Shown in pieces: positions 1 to 10,912 of a stretch of DNA of 64,000 nt. Numbering within the stretch: the stretch's first letter is position 1; every line of letters begins with the position of its first letter. The notes beneath the pieces are model-generated. The model searched no databases and was not told the origin of the DNA. It was given only the letters and a program-made list of their open reading frames with translations. The translations under genes and the position numbers were made by a program. The stretch is from Octopus bimaculoides (taxonomy: Eukaryota), in the NCBI RefSeq assembly GCF_001194135.2, contig NC_068987.1, forward strand, positions 8,621,409 to 8,685,408, read 5' to 3'.

Positions 1-290
1 TTGTGGGGTACATTCTTCGCCAGGGTAGGTTTTGGCATTTATAAGCCGCCCTCTTTCCCTATTTCTGGCGAGGATGTAGTCGATTTGGCTAGAGTGTCTG
101 CCGGAGCGGTAGGTGACTAGGTGACTGGCAGGTTTCCTGAAGTTGGTATTGCAGACCATAAGATTGGTTGCATCACAGAACTCCAGCAGTCTGGTTCCCT
201 CCTCGTTGCGGGAACCGAAGCCATAGCCTCCATGTATGCCATGGAAGCCTCCAGCACGACGTCCGACATGACCGTTGAAGTCTATCCAGC
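1..290 (-). mobile_element. RTE-clade LINE, APE endonuclease fragment (continues off the left window edge)
   Basis: Reverse strand 282..1 reads without stops: DFNGHVGRRAGGFHGIHGGYGFGSRNEEGTRLLEFCDATNLMVCNTNFRKPASHLVTYRSGRHSSQIDYILARNRERGRLINAKTYPGEECTPQ. It carries the GDFN, N..G..L, NT.F and SQIDYIL motifs of LINE APE domains. Homology stops at an (AAT)n tract at 291. Confidence 0.93.
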
Positions 291-2431
291 ATAATAATAA
301 TAATAATAATAATAATAATTTAAAAAATCAGTAATACAATGAAAGCCATGTACATGCACTGGATAATACTGGTACATAGGAAAAAGAAATAACTTTCAAA
401 AGCAATCCTACAACTTTATGATGAGGTTAAAGCCAAGATAAATAAAAATATATATATATAAAAAAACATTATTTACAATATTCAAAGAATTACAATAGGT
501 AGAAATCATGCAGATAGCATTTGAAGAAGCACAAAATGAGAGGAAAACATAGAGAAAAGTGGAAGAATGTTGCCAGACATTTGGCCTCCATTTGTATATT
601 TACAATAGTAAATGTTGTTTACAGAATTCATCCAAATACCTTTATGTTGCTGTTGTTATTATTTTGTTACTATGAGAAGAAATTTTGGTGATAAGAATGG
701 TTTGAAAGCAACTAAGAAACAAACCATTATAATAATTCTCACTCACATCCATATTAATATAAATATAAGATTTGTAATCTTGGAGACAAACTAAAAAATG
801 ACCTGAAGCAGACTTGGAGTAGAGAAGGTATGTTGTTGATGTGACAAGTCTAGGTTTCATTGCAGTTAAGATGTAACATTTCAGGACGGAAGACATGAAC
901 AAGAAAAATAATTCGAAGTTTTTAAATTTAACTTCTTTATTTTCATTAAAAACAATTGTCTCAAATGTTAGCACAAAGCTAGCAATTTTAGAGAAAATTT
1001 TAGATGGAGCGCTCAACTGATATTTATTTTATCAATCCTGAAGTGATGGCAGGTGAAGTTGGCCCTGATGGAATTTGAACTCAGAAAGTATAGACCCAGA
1101 AGAAATACCATTAAATATTTTGCTTGATGTACTAACAATTCTGTGAGTTTGCTGCCTTATTGTCATTAAAATAGCAAAACCAGAAATCTTAGTATCAGAG
1201 CTTTCCAGTCTAACTGTAGTAATCAAGTTTTAGATAATTTATTAAAAGAACATGTTGGAAAAAAAACATTCATTAGAGAAACGAGGTATATATGAATAGT
1301 CATGTGGGATCATGAAACAAATAAGAAAGAATATTAAAATGCTGAGCTACTGAGAACATCACACTTCTAGTCTCAGAGTATAAGTAAATCTGCCTGATTG
1401 GTCAATTTGGCTAAAGAAAATAGCTACTGTTGGTTAGACAACATTGCTGATGGAAATATGTTTTGATATTTGACACAAATTTGTCAAAAAATTTATGTTG
1501 AATGTCAAAGCACATGTACAATAATCATGTCAAACAGTTGCTATCTTTTAGTCGAATTGACATAAATATCAAATGTATTTTAGTAGATGAAAAACTATGA
1601 ATACATAAACAGGAATTAAATGTAGGAACCAAGGAAGCCTATTAGTTGGATAAGGTTTGGAAAGATATATATATATATATATATATTTAAAAATAAACAG
1701 AAAAATATAGAGAGGGACACAGACATGTAAAAGAAATATTGACAGACTGGTTCTTTTGATATAAACAAAATTCACAGAAATCTCAGATAGTTTTAGAGCT
1801 GCTGAAAAGATATCAGAACAAAGTAATGTTCTAGAATATTTGTCGGAGGAGGTGGGGAGTGGGGGAGCAGTAGAGAAAATTGAAAGCAGAAACATAAAAC
1901 ATAAGCATACATAAACAGAAATTATAAGATGACAACGCTAATAAAAATTGCAGTAATAATGACAAGAAAGATTATGATAATATTTTTTGCACAAGTATGA
2001 AATATCAAAATGTAAAGGATTGAAAATAGAATATCATGTAGATGCCTTCTTCTTCTTCAAAGACATTGATAAGATAAGAAAATTCTAAGATCTTCACTCC
2101 TACCTCAGTAAACAACATACTATATTTATCCTCATTTATCACTGTTCTAGAATAAGCTAATTGTGGACTGTTCTGAGCTTGTCACAAATTGTTCTCTGTT
2201 CATACAGGTCAGTGATCAGAGATTATGCTTGGACAACAAAAACTGCTCAGCGACCATCTACAACACCCAGAACAACTTGAAATCTCAGAATGAAATCTAT
2301 TTTCCCCCCACATGTTTTACTGTTCACTTATCACTGATGCGTTTCACAAAGTTTTTTTTTATTAAATCAAACACTCATGATAAATGAAGATAGCTGTAAT
2401 AAGGATTTTCTTTTGTAATTAAAAATCATCA

Positions 2432-2588
2432 GGAGTGGCTGTGTGGTAAGTAGCTTGCTTACCAGCCACATGGTTCCGGGTTCAGTCCCACTGCGTGGCA
2501 CCTTGGGCAAGTGTCTTCTACTATAGCCTCGGGCTGACCAAAGCCTTGTGAGTGGATTTGGTAGACGGAAACTGAAAGAAGCCCGTTG

Positions 2589-2635
<47 letters not shown>

Positions 2636-2832
2636 GTATGTATGTGCGTGTATATGTTCGTGTGTCTGTGTTTGTCCCCCTCAACATCGCTTGACAACCG
2701 ATGCTGGTTCGGCAAAAGAGACCGATAGAATAAGTACTAGGCTTACAAAGAATAAGTCCTGGGGTCGATTTGCTTGACTAAAGGCGGTGCTCCAGCATGG
2801 CCGCAGTCAAATGACTGAAACAGGTAAAAGAG
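2432..2832 (+). mobile_element. tRNA-derived SINE, family A, near full length with internal (TA)n/(TG)n
   Basis: Head ggagtggctgtgtggtaag (A-box-like) and gggttcagtccc (B-box-like), body ggcaccttgggcaagtgtcttctactatagcc, tail ggcggtgctccagcatggccgcagtcaaatgactgaaac. Approximate further copies: 5243-5470(+), 8553-8720(-), 13628-14010(-), 16212-16470(-), 27465-27828(-), 39893-40050(+), 49725-50230(+), 53865-54270(+), 58610-58800(-), 59148-59285(-), 60278-60632(-), 61570-61920(-). Confidence 0.9.
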
Positions 2833-3275
2833 TGAAAGAGAGAGAGAGAGAGAGTAAATTCATAGAGAAAGGGAAATTCTTTGTCTAAGAAGAATTTCTA
2901 GCCGTAGCTATATCACTTTTCATTAATTCTAAAAAGTTAAGTAACTACATCCTGAGATTGAAACCAGTTCATAAGACATACTTCAACAGGGAATTATCAC
3001 TTCTTTGCAGTATTCATAAATGTGCTTGTGTCCATGTATATATGTAAATAGCTATTTACCTATAGAAATATATTTTGTGTAGATATGTATATGTATGTGT
3101 ATAAATGTGTTTTTGTATGAACTAAGAATATATCAGCAACAGTAACAACATCAAGAGAAATAATATTAATGATAATAATAATAAAAATATAAGAAATAAC
3201 CATAACATAAATAAAGCAACAATAAATAAAAAAAACGACAACAGAGAAGCTTTCTTTGAAGATGTTACAATTTAC

Positions 3276-3296
3276 CTGAATTCCCCAGAAAAAACG
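3276..3296 (-). CDS. PPFIBP1: candidate 21-nt microexon of liprin-beta (RFFWGIQ)
   Basis: Minus strand tttctcatatttcag|CGTTTTTTCTGGGGAATTCAG|gtaaat. It is phase 0/0, compatible with the phase-0 end of exon 4885-5036, and has no stop. I have no homology support. Confidence 0.35.
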
Positions 3297-3660
3297 CTGA
3301 AATATGAGAAATATATTTACTTTTATAGAATTTCTATAACTGGTGATATATATATCTATAAGAGATAAATCTGTATGTTTTTGCCTTCAATAATGGCCAT
3401 ATCACTAAGTTTGGTGGTATGTAGAAGATATGTATAAACCTTCAGTGCAAAGGAATAAAAATGTTTTAAACATTAAATGTAAGTAATTTTTATATAATGT
3501 GTTACAGAGGAAAGTAACATTAGTCTTCATCGTTTTGTCAATGCCTTCCTGAGTGTTGCTTTTCCACAGGTTCCATCTGCCTGGAGTGCTGCACACTTCT
3601 TTATAGCTGTCATCCTTCACGTGTATTATATGCCCATAAAAGTGCAGTTTTCTCTCTTGT

Positions 3661-4047
3661 TATTGTTGTTGGCACTCCGTTGCTTACGACGTCGAGGGTT
3701 CCAGTTGATCTGATCAATGGAACAGCCTGCTCGTGAAATTAAAGTGCAAGTGGCTGAGCACTCCACAGATACGTGTACCCTTAACGTAGTTCTCGGGGAT
3801 ATTCAGCGTGACACAGTGTAAACAAGGCTGACCCTTTGAATTACAGGCACAACAGAAACAGGAAGTAAGAGTGAGAGAAAGTTGTGGTGAAAGAGTACAG
3901 CAGGGTTCGCCACCATCCCTTGCCGGAGCCTCGTGGAGCTTTAGGTGTTTTCGCTTAATAAACACTCACAACGCCTGGTCTGGGAATCGAAACCGCGATC
4001 CTATGACAGTGAGTCCGCTGCCCTAACCACTGGGCCATTGCGCCTCC
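3661..4047 (-). mobile_element. tRNA-derived SINE, family C, full length
   Basis: Minus head ggaggcgcaatggcccagtggttagggcagcggac...ggtttcgattcccagacc (A and B boxes) and an (AAC)n-like tail. Probable 12-bp TSD: tttctctcttgt (3649-3660) / tttcactcttgt (4050-4061). Approximate related copies: 11080-11295(-), 16000-16200(-), 25000-25250(+), 45279-45560(+), 48900-49230(+), 56380-56650(+), 57190-57420(-). Confidence 0.88.
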
Positions 4048-4808
4048 ACTTTCACTCTTGTATACTGCATCTAACACCTCGTATCTCTAGTCTTTTTATT
4101 CCAGCTCATTCATGCAACATTGTTCATGTGTACTAACATTATATCTTCTATGGAGCATGTTTGCTTCATTAAAGACCCATGAAAATGAAATCTTTTGTCA
4201 GAACAGAGATAACAGCTCCCTGAACATTACCTACCCTATTTTTACTCAGGGTATTATGTTTTTGGTGCACCCATCATCATTGTTAATTATCAACTACTTT
4301 CAACGAACCTTCCAAACATTTACTTACAAGGAGAACAAACGAACAGAAGTAGTAATCAACACAGTTAAAATTATATTTACTGGGTAACTGATTGATTTAA
4401 CCCCCATGTCACTTAAAGTTTCATGGATGTGGAAATACACCCATCTCCTCAGACATTCAAAAGCAAATTGAAAAAAAAACAGAACTTCTTTATTAGAGAG
4501 AGGACTTAACCAGCTTTGGTCAGTTCAGGTCACATTGATGTGATAACTCAACACAGGCAGATAATGGATGGAAGCACTCCTTGTGTTAATAGCAGGCAGA
4601 TAATAATGTCACTTGGTCAATGGAGTATTTGGGGGTGTTGAGAAATGGCTAATGTATATGAGAGAGAGAGTTTAATGTCTGATGGTCAGTTACAGCCATG
4701 TGGATGTAGTGATAACTTTGCTACAAGAGACGGTAAGTGAAGACTCACCACATGTTAAAGAAGGTAAGATAACTTTAATGAATATATTACATAAAGAAAA
4801 TAGGTTTT

Positions 4809-4844
<36 letters not shown>

Positions 4845-4884
4845 ATGTGTATTTAACAATAATGAAAATAATAGCAGCACTCAC

Positions 4885-5036
4885 TTTTTCTGTTGAATTT
4901 GATATTTCTTCACAACTGTTTGAACGAACAAAAGTTCCTGATCGTTGATCTAATTCAGCATCTCCTAAAGCAGGCGATATTGGACTAACTTGTGCTTTGT
5001 CTTGGCTGTTGGATCTCTGTTTTACTGTTGTACTGC
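4885..5036 (-). CDS. PPFIBP1: liprin-beta internal exon (Ser/Thr-rich linker), 152 nt, phase 1/0
   Basis: tttctctctttcatttctaaatttaaag|GC...GAAAAA|gtgagt. Encodes (G)STTVKQRSNSQDKAQVSPISPALGDAELDQRSGTFVRSNSCEEISNSTEK, in frame with exon 6580-6634. Confidence 0.85.
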
Positions 5037-5692
5037 CTTTAAATTTAGAAATGAAAGAGAGAAAAAATATTTCAATTTCCATAAGAAAACTTTATACACA
5101 TTTTAAAAGATTTAGTATGTATATGTGTGTTTCGTATTTATATTTTCATTTGCACAGAAGTTTTAAGAGAAGCTAGCAGTTAAAGTAATTGCAAATGACT
5201 AGATAAAACACTGCCCTATGTTTCTATCCCAAATTTTTACAAGCATGGCTATATGGTTAAGAAATTTGCTTTCCGTTTCAAGATCAATTCCACTGCATGA
5301 CATCTTGAGCAAGTGTCTTCTACTATAGCCCCAGGCCAACAAAGCCTTGCCAGTGGGTTTGATTGATGAAGCTTCTGTGTGTGTGTGTGTGTGTGTGTGT
5401 GTACGCACGCGTGCACATCTGTGTTACTCCGCTTAAAAACTGGTGAGAATTGGTGACAGGAAAAGAATCTGGCCATAGATCAAATACCTTGTGATATTTA
5501 TTCCAGCCCTTTACATTCTGAGTTTAAATCCCATCATGGATGACAGCTGTGATCTGCTGCCAGAGTCTACTCTGTTAAAAACGTTTAAACCAATCCTCTG
5601 GTTTGGGGACACCTTCCACACCCACTTCTACTAATCTCAGGGGCCCTGTAAAGAGTTATGGGCTCTATCTTCGTCCTTAACTAAAGATTTAA

Positions 5693-5915
5693 CCCTTTCG
5701 ATACCAACCCAGCTGAAACCACCTCTGGCTCTGTAGTACAAATGTCTTGTTTTCATAAGTTTTGAATTAAAATCTTCCACCAAACCTTAGTCACAATTTA
5801 TGTTCCTAACACAAGCTTAATGATAACGAAATTATTTTACTAAATTCTTTGTTATATATAAAATTTAATTGAAAGAAACACAGAACATCTCAAAATAAAT
5901 ATGGTAACGAAAGGG
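5693..5915 (+). mobile_element. piggyBac-type MITE, family P2
   Basis: TTAA|ccctttcgatacc ... ggtaacgaaaggg|TTAA, i.e. TTAA target duplication with CCCTTT termini. Opposite-orientation relatives at 46906-47081 and about 51830-52021. Confidence 0.85.
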
Positions 5916-5921
5916 TTAAAT

Positions 5922-6140
5922 CAGTGGTTCTCAACCATTTTTTGCATGTGGACACCCTGATTCCTTCCTTAGTCTACTGGATCCCCATATACATTTGAAG
6001 TTTTTAAAATCCTTATTATATTTTCATAATTAAATATTATTAGAAATTATATTAAAAAAACTGTTGAAATATCTTGTGTATTATAGAGATTTTGTAACTG
6101 AATTTTCACAGACTATTTAGTATACTAATACCATGTTGGT
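5922..6140 (+). mobile_element. hAT (Charlie-like) non-autonomous element, left end only
   Basis: Begins cagtggttctcaacc, the same terminal type as the MITE at 33108. The right end was not found. Confidence 0.5.
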
Positions 6141-6144
6141 TTAC

Positions 6145-6550
6145 ATCATCATCGTTTAACGTCTGGTTTCCATGCTAGCATGGGTTGGACGATTTGACTG
6201 AGGACTGGTGAACCGGATGGCTGCACCAGGCTCCAATCTGATCTGGCAGAGTTTCTACAGCTGGATGCCCTTCCTAACGCCAACCACTCCGAGAGTGTAG
6301 TGGGTGGTTTTATGTGCCACCGGCACAAGGGCCAATCTAGCGGTACTGGCAATGGCCACGCTCAAAATGGTGTTTTTTACATGCCACCTGCACAGGAGCC
6401 ACTCCAGTGGCACTGGCAACGACCTCACTTGAATGATTTTCTAACGTGCCAGTAAGGCGATGCTGGTAACGATCACGCTTAAATGGTACTATTTACGTGC
6501 CACTAGCATGGAAGCCAGACAACTGCTCTGGCAATGATCACGCTCAAAAC
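6145..6550 (-). mobile_element. LINE 3' UTR / tail-derived repeat with (GAT)n tail and internal actggcaacg-type subrepeats (probably RTE-associated)
   Basis: catcatcatcgtttaacgtctggtttccatgctagcatgggttggac...ggatgcccttcctaacgccaacc recurs at about 11935-12040, 12235-12390(+), 13455-13590, 18820-18960, 19040-19220, 20800-20960(+), 31963-32200, 37960-38390(+), 41945-42100 and 43270-43380(+). Confidence 0.75.
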
Positions 6551-6579
6551 CAAAAAGACTATGGAATGGAAATATATAC

Positions 6580-6634
6580 CTGGTGTACTTGTGGCACTAG
6601 GGCCAGATAAATGTTTGTCTTTTGAATCATCAGA
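6580..6634 (-). CDS. PPFIBP1: liprin-beta internal exon, 55 nt, phase 0/1
   Basis: ttttctatttgcttgcag|TCTGATGAT...ACACCAG|gtatat. Encodes SDDSKDKHLSGPSATSTP(G) and bridges the phases of the two flanking exons exactly. Confidence 0.85.
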
Positions 6635-7170
6635 CTGCAAGCAAATAGAAAAGAAAGGTGTCATTTTTAAAAAAAAACAAAATTCTATATAGATCATAGG
6701 TTTGTATTGATTGATTAGTAAAACAGTAATACAAAATATTGATTTCATTAATTTAAGGTAGATGTATTAAAAGGCATTTAGGTTGCATTGATTTTTCAAA
6801 AAAATGTATTCAATTTAAGATAAATTAATTTTGGACAATATATTAAATGTAGTTTAGCTCTAGTGTAAAAACTGTCTTATGTACTATTGATCTTCAGATC
6901 AGAATTACTGAAATAGTGAACTAATTGAAATATCGAATGCTTTCAAAGAAGCCAAGTTTTGAGCTTTTGATTTTTCAGAAAGGAAATGAAATCTTCTTCA
7001 TTTTGCTAATGGAATAAAAGACAAATTATTAAAAATATAGATAGATAAAGAATTTGTTTCCAAAAATAATTGAGATAACGGCAGAAAGAGAGAGAACAAC
7101 ACTTTATATGTTAATAGAAATTGTATTAATTAGAAGACAAAAAAAAAAAAAATCAAGAAAAATCCCATAC

Positions 7171-7277
7171 CTTTGTTCCATCAGCTGTATCTTTTCCACC
7201 ACTTCCAGTAGAGGGAGACATAGATGATGTGGTAGAGCTGTTATCATCTTCAAAGTTAGCCATGAGATCGTCCAGAG
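7171..7277 (-). CDS. PPFIBP1: liprin-beta internal exon, 107 nt, phase 1/0
   Basis: ttttgtttgttcttctag|CTCTGGAC...ACAAAG|gtatgg. Encodes (A)LDDLMANFEDDNSSTTSSMSPSTGSGGKDTADGTK. Confidence 0.87.
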
Positions 7278-7304
7278 CTAGAAGAACAAACAAAATCCAT
7301 TATA

Positions 7305-7346
<42 letters not shown>

Positions 7347-7347
<1 letters not shown>

Positions 7348-8330
7348 TAGCACAGACACCCGGTGTTGCCTGAGAATGAAATTTTTCCTTATATTCTGAA
7401 TTCATAACAACAATAACAACAGCAACAACAACAACATCAACAACACCAACACCAACAACAAACGAAAATATAAAATTTACCACATTTATGCAAGGAGATA
7501 AATTCTATGACATGTTGAAGGAAATTACGAAAGAGCTTCTGGGTAAACAATATTCTTTGTTTTCTGGTTTGGAGCATAGACAAATAAGTCTTGCAAATTA
7601 CCTTCCCCGGAGCAACCAACATAAAGTTGACCATGAGAAAAGCAAGCCAGTAAATTTCAAAGACTCACCTTGAGCTTTATTAATAGACATTGCAAAACAA
7701 AGTTACACCGAGAATTGTGTTCATCTGAACTCAAATTGCATGTCTGATGGTTTGATTGGAATTCTTGGAATGAAAGCCTCTTCCCCAGAGGCACATCCAT
7801 TGACACATTAGGTGGTAATGTCTCCACAATCAACCTTGTCCCATTGAATAATTTAGGAGGATCTAAACTTCTTAGAAGAATTATTGGGACTCCTACCTTC
7901 AGAAAAGGTTTATGTAGAGGAGTTCCAGGTGGTTCAAGAGAATTAAGGAACTCTGTTGGGTAATGGACAGCTAGATTTTCATGAAAGACTGAATCAACTG
8001 ATTTGTACTTCTTAATGACTGTTGGAATCTTATTCATTAATTCATGGTTAATCCTTGCTATTGTCTCATTTTTGGAGCAAGAATTGCCCTTTCACACAAC
8101 CATTTATGTGAATTATTATTACTTAAGTCTGGAAACACCCTGTTCTTCAATTCAGCTGAGGAATTCCCCATGATAGCAAACTGATATCACCATTCCCATC
8201 AAATGGTACTTTCCCATTCCCTAAATGGAGGAGCCAGGTTGAAAACTGTTTTGCACATTGGTCCCCATGTAATAAAGCTCGCACATTAGTATTGAAGAAG
8301 AATTTCAGTACTTTATTCCATTGGGGTGAA
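7347..8330 (-). mobile_element. Helitron 3' end with degenerate PIF1-family helicase C-terminus
   Basis: Minus-strand peptides RAILAPKNETIARIN, YPTEFLNSLEPPGTPLHKPFLKVGVPIILLRSLDPPKLFNGTRLIV and FSHGQLYVG, broken by frameshifts. The terminus ctcaggcaacaccgggtgtctgtgCTAG|t shows a degenerate subterminal hairpin and the CTAG 3' end. Confidence 0.9.
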
Positions 8331-8731
8331 GACTTAATTCATGCTTTTATTTCATCAGATCTTTTTTCTTCTCAGAATGACTGGTAATGCCTGCCTGAGT
8401 TCTCCTGGTAAAACTAATGTAACTCCTCCCATAAATTTATTGTTGCCTCTGATGTCCTGTAAGGTCTTACCAAGAGCTTCCATGGCACCTTTATGTGACA
8501 TGGTGCATTCATCTATCTATCTATCTCTCTCTCTATATATATATATATGTATATATATATACAATGGGTTTCTTTCAGTTTCCGTCTACTAAACCCACTC
8601 ATAAGGCTTTGGTTGGCCCAAGGCTATAGTAGAAGACACTTGCCCAAGATGCCATGTAGTGAAACTGAACCCAGAACTATGCAGCTGGTAAGCAAGCAAC
8701 TTACCACACAGCCACTCCTGCTCCTATACAC

Positions 8732-8779
<48 letters not shown>

Positions 8780-9309
8780 TGTGTGTGTGTGTGTGTGTGC
8801 AATAATGAGGATGAATATTAAGCAAACTTTAGTTAAACACTGCATGGAAAAACAAGATCAGTTGATTGTGGAAGGTGCTATGATCTGGAAAGAAGTAGTT
8901 ATGAGAAGATATGTAACCAAGTTACAAAGAAGGATTGTTATTGGTACTGTCCATCTCATACCAAAAAGAAGAAAAAAAATCTGCTACAATACTGCTGCTG
9001 CTGAATAACATTATTTATCACAGCTATGCCTTATCACCATCTTTGTATATTCTATTTTATTGAACAAAAGTAAGTTTTTGCGAGAAAGTTATTTTAAGAA
9101 TTTCCACTTTGAAACAACATCTGCTGTCAAAAACAAAATAGTGTTAGATAGCACACCATATTGTCTTCCAGTTCAAATTTTGCTATGATCTTTTTTCTGT
9201 GCTCATTTTCCCACCCCCACCCCCAGCCTCCAAAGGGGCACGCAATTACAACCCTTCCCACATGACTCACTATTCTGTTCACAGTTAATGACAACACTTT
9301 GTACCTTAA

Positions 9310-9533
9310 CCCTTTAGCATTTAAACCAGCTACATCTGGCCAAAATGTTCTTCCTGTTTTATGTTCAAACTGGATAGATCCAGCCTCTCACATTTGTGCT
9401 ATAGTGTCATTCTCAGTAAAAATAAGTAATCACACCACTGAAATCTCAAGCTATGAGATAATGTGTGATTAATTCAAATCAACTTGAAGAAAACGAACAT
9501 TACAGTTCATAGAGTAATCTGAACACTAAAGGG
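9310..9533 (+). mobile_element. piggyBac-type MITE, family P1
   Basis: TTAA|ccctttagcatttaaac ... gaacactaaaggg|tgaa. Other copies at 10428-10628, 50706-50925, 56964-57181 and 63684-63903. Confidence 0.85.
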
Positions 9534-10827
9534 TGAAAGTATATATTTTTTAATGGAGTATTACTGTATGTAGATTCAGAGAATGATTCTTGAATGCTTG
9601 TAAATGTTAAATGTAATTTGCTGCATATCAATCAATGGTCTGAAGTTGTCCAAATCCAGGTTCATAAAAGATCATGTTTTGCATATCTGCTTCCTTGACT
9701 TACAGGAAGTGTGGCATACAGTTCTATGTGGTTATTATTTGACTAAAAATACGAAAGTATCCAGATTTGTAAATAAAATTTTTGTTCCAGCAAACTTTGT
9801 TCTTTCTGAAGGCAATCCTTTCATTTTTAGAGTAAAGTATGAAAGCATTTTCCTTCTTGGTTTTAAATAGTTTCTTATAGATATAAGCTTCATGTCTGAG
9901 ACTCAAAGCAGACCTTGAAGAGAGAGGGCAAGTCAGTGAAAAGGTGATTATAAGTGAAAGAACTTTGACTAACAAACAACTGACTGATTGTTTAACCAGC
10001 ACATTAAAGAAATGGTTGATTAATTAGTTGGTTAGGTATTTAACTAACTGACTAACAATAAAGAAGTGCTAATGAACCAGTGTCTGTTATTATTGGTGTG
10101 ATGACCTTCCCAATACACAAAATATAAAAGGTTTATCCTTTATTTCCATCAAATTTTTTTTTATGATTTTGTTCCAAACAAGGATTGAGGCCACTGTAGC
10201 ATAAGGGATCACAAAGAAGGAAGAAAAGGGGATCTACAAATTTTAAAAGATATCAATTGGCAGGAAGTTAAAAGGACTAAATATCATAGGAAAACAAGAC
10301 AATGGTTATGAGATCCAGAGAGCAGCAGTTTGAGGAAAGAAGTTATTAGAATACAAGGACTTATGACTAACAGGAAGTTCAACAGAGAAACAATGCACCT
10401 GGGAAGTGAAGCAGGTGACACGTTTAACCTTTAGCACTTAAATGTAACGCTTATTTATTCCCACTGTTTTGAATTAAGCATGCATTATCTTGTAGTGTTG
10501 AAATTTGGATATGGATACTATTTTTAGAATGACATTGTAGGATAGGTGTGAGAGGCTGGATCTGGTCAGTTTCAACTTAAAATAGGTAGAATATTTGGGC
10601 TGGATATGGCCAGTTTAAATGTGAAAGGATTACAGATTTTGACAAAGGGTACTAAACCAGAAAGTTCATCAGAGTGATGACCATGGAAATATAGAAAAAT
10701 AACAATGAAGATCATTTTGACAATGAACCAAAGACTCCATCCCAGTCGAAAGAGGACCTAGCACGTTAACAACTCAACTTTGAATTTGATCAAGAGACAT
10801 TAGACACTACATTAAATCAAGGCATAC

Positions 10828-10912
10828 CTCTCCTTCCTTGAGCCTGTATGAGCATTTCTTCAATTTTCTTATAACGTCGTAATAGTTTTCCATAGTCTTC
10901 TAACCGGCGGTC
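10828..10912 (-). CDS. PPFIBP1: liprin-beta exon, end of N-terminal coiled coil, 85 nt, phase 0/1
   Basis: tttttgtattttcaatcag|GACCGC...AGGAGAG|gtatgc. Encodes DRRLEDYGKLLRRYKKIEEMLIQAQGRR, which matches recalled human liprin-beta1 DRKIEDLRQCLNRYKKMQDTVVLAQG. Confidence 0.92.

Noticed and set aside
642-1016. 124-aa minus-strand ORF as a downstream liprin exon
   Set aside because: No strong splice pair and no similarity to the expected linker or SAM sequence.
8547-9008. 153-aa ORF and similar ones (2367-2687, 13545-14018, 16077-16409, 61534-61875)
   Set aside because: They are translations of SINE bodies and microsatellites. The same peptides (RLWSARGYSRRHLPK, FQSFDCGHAGAPP) recur at every SINE copy.
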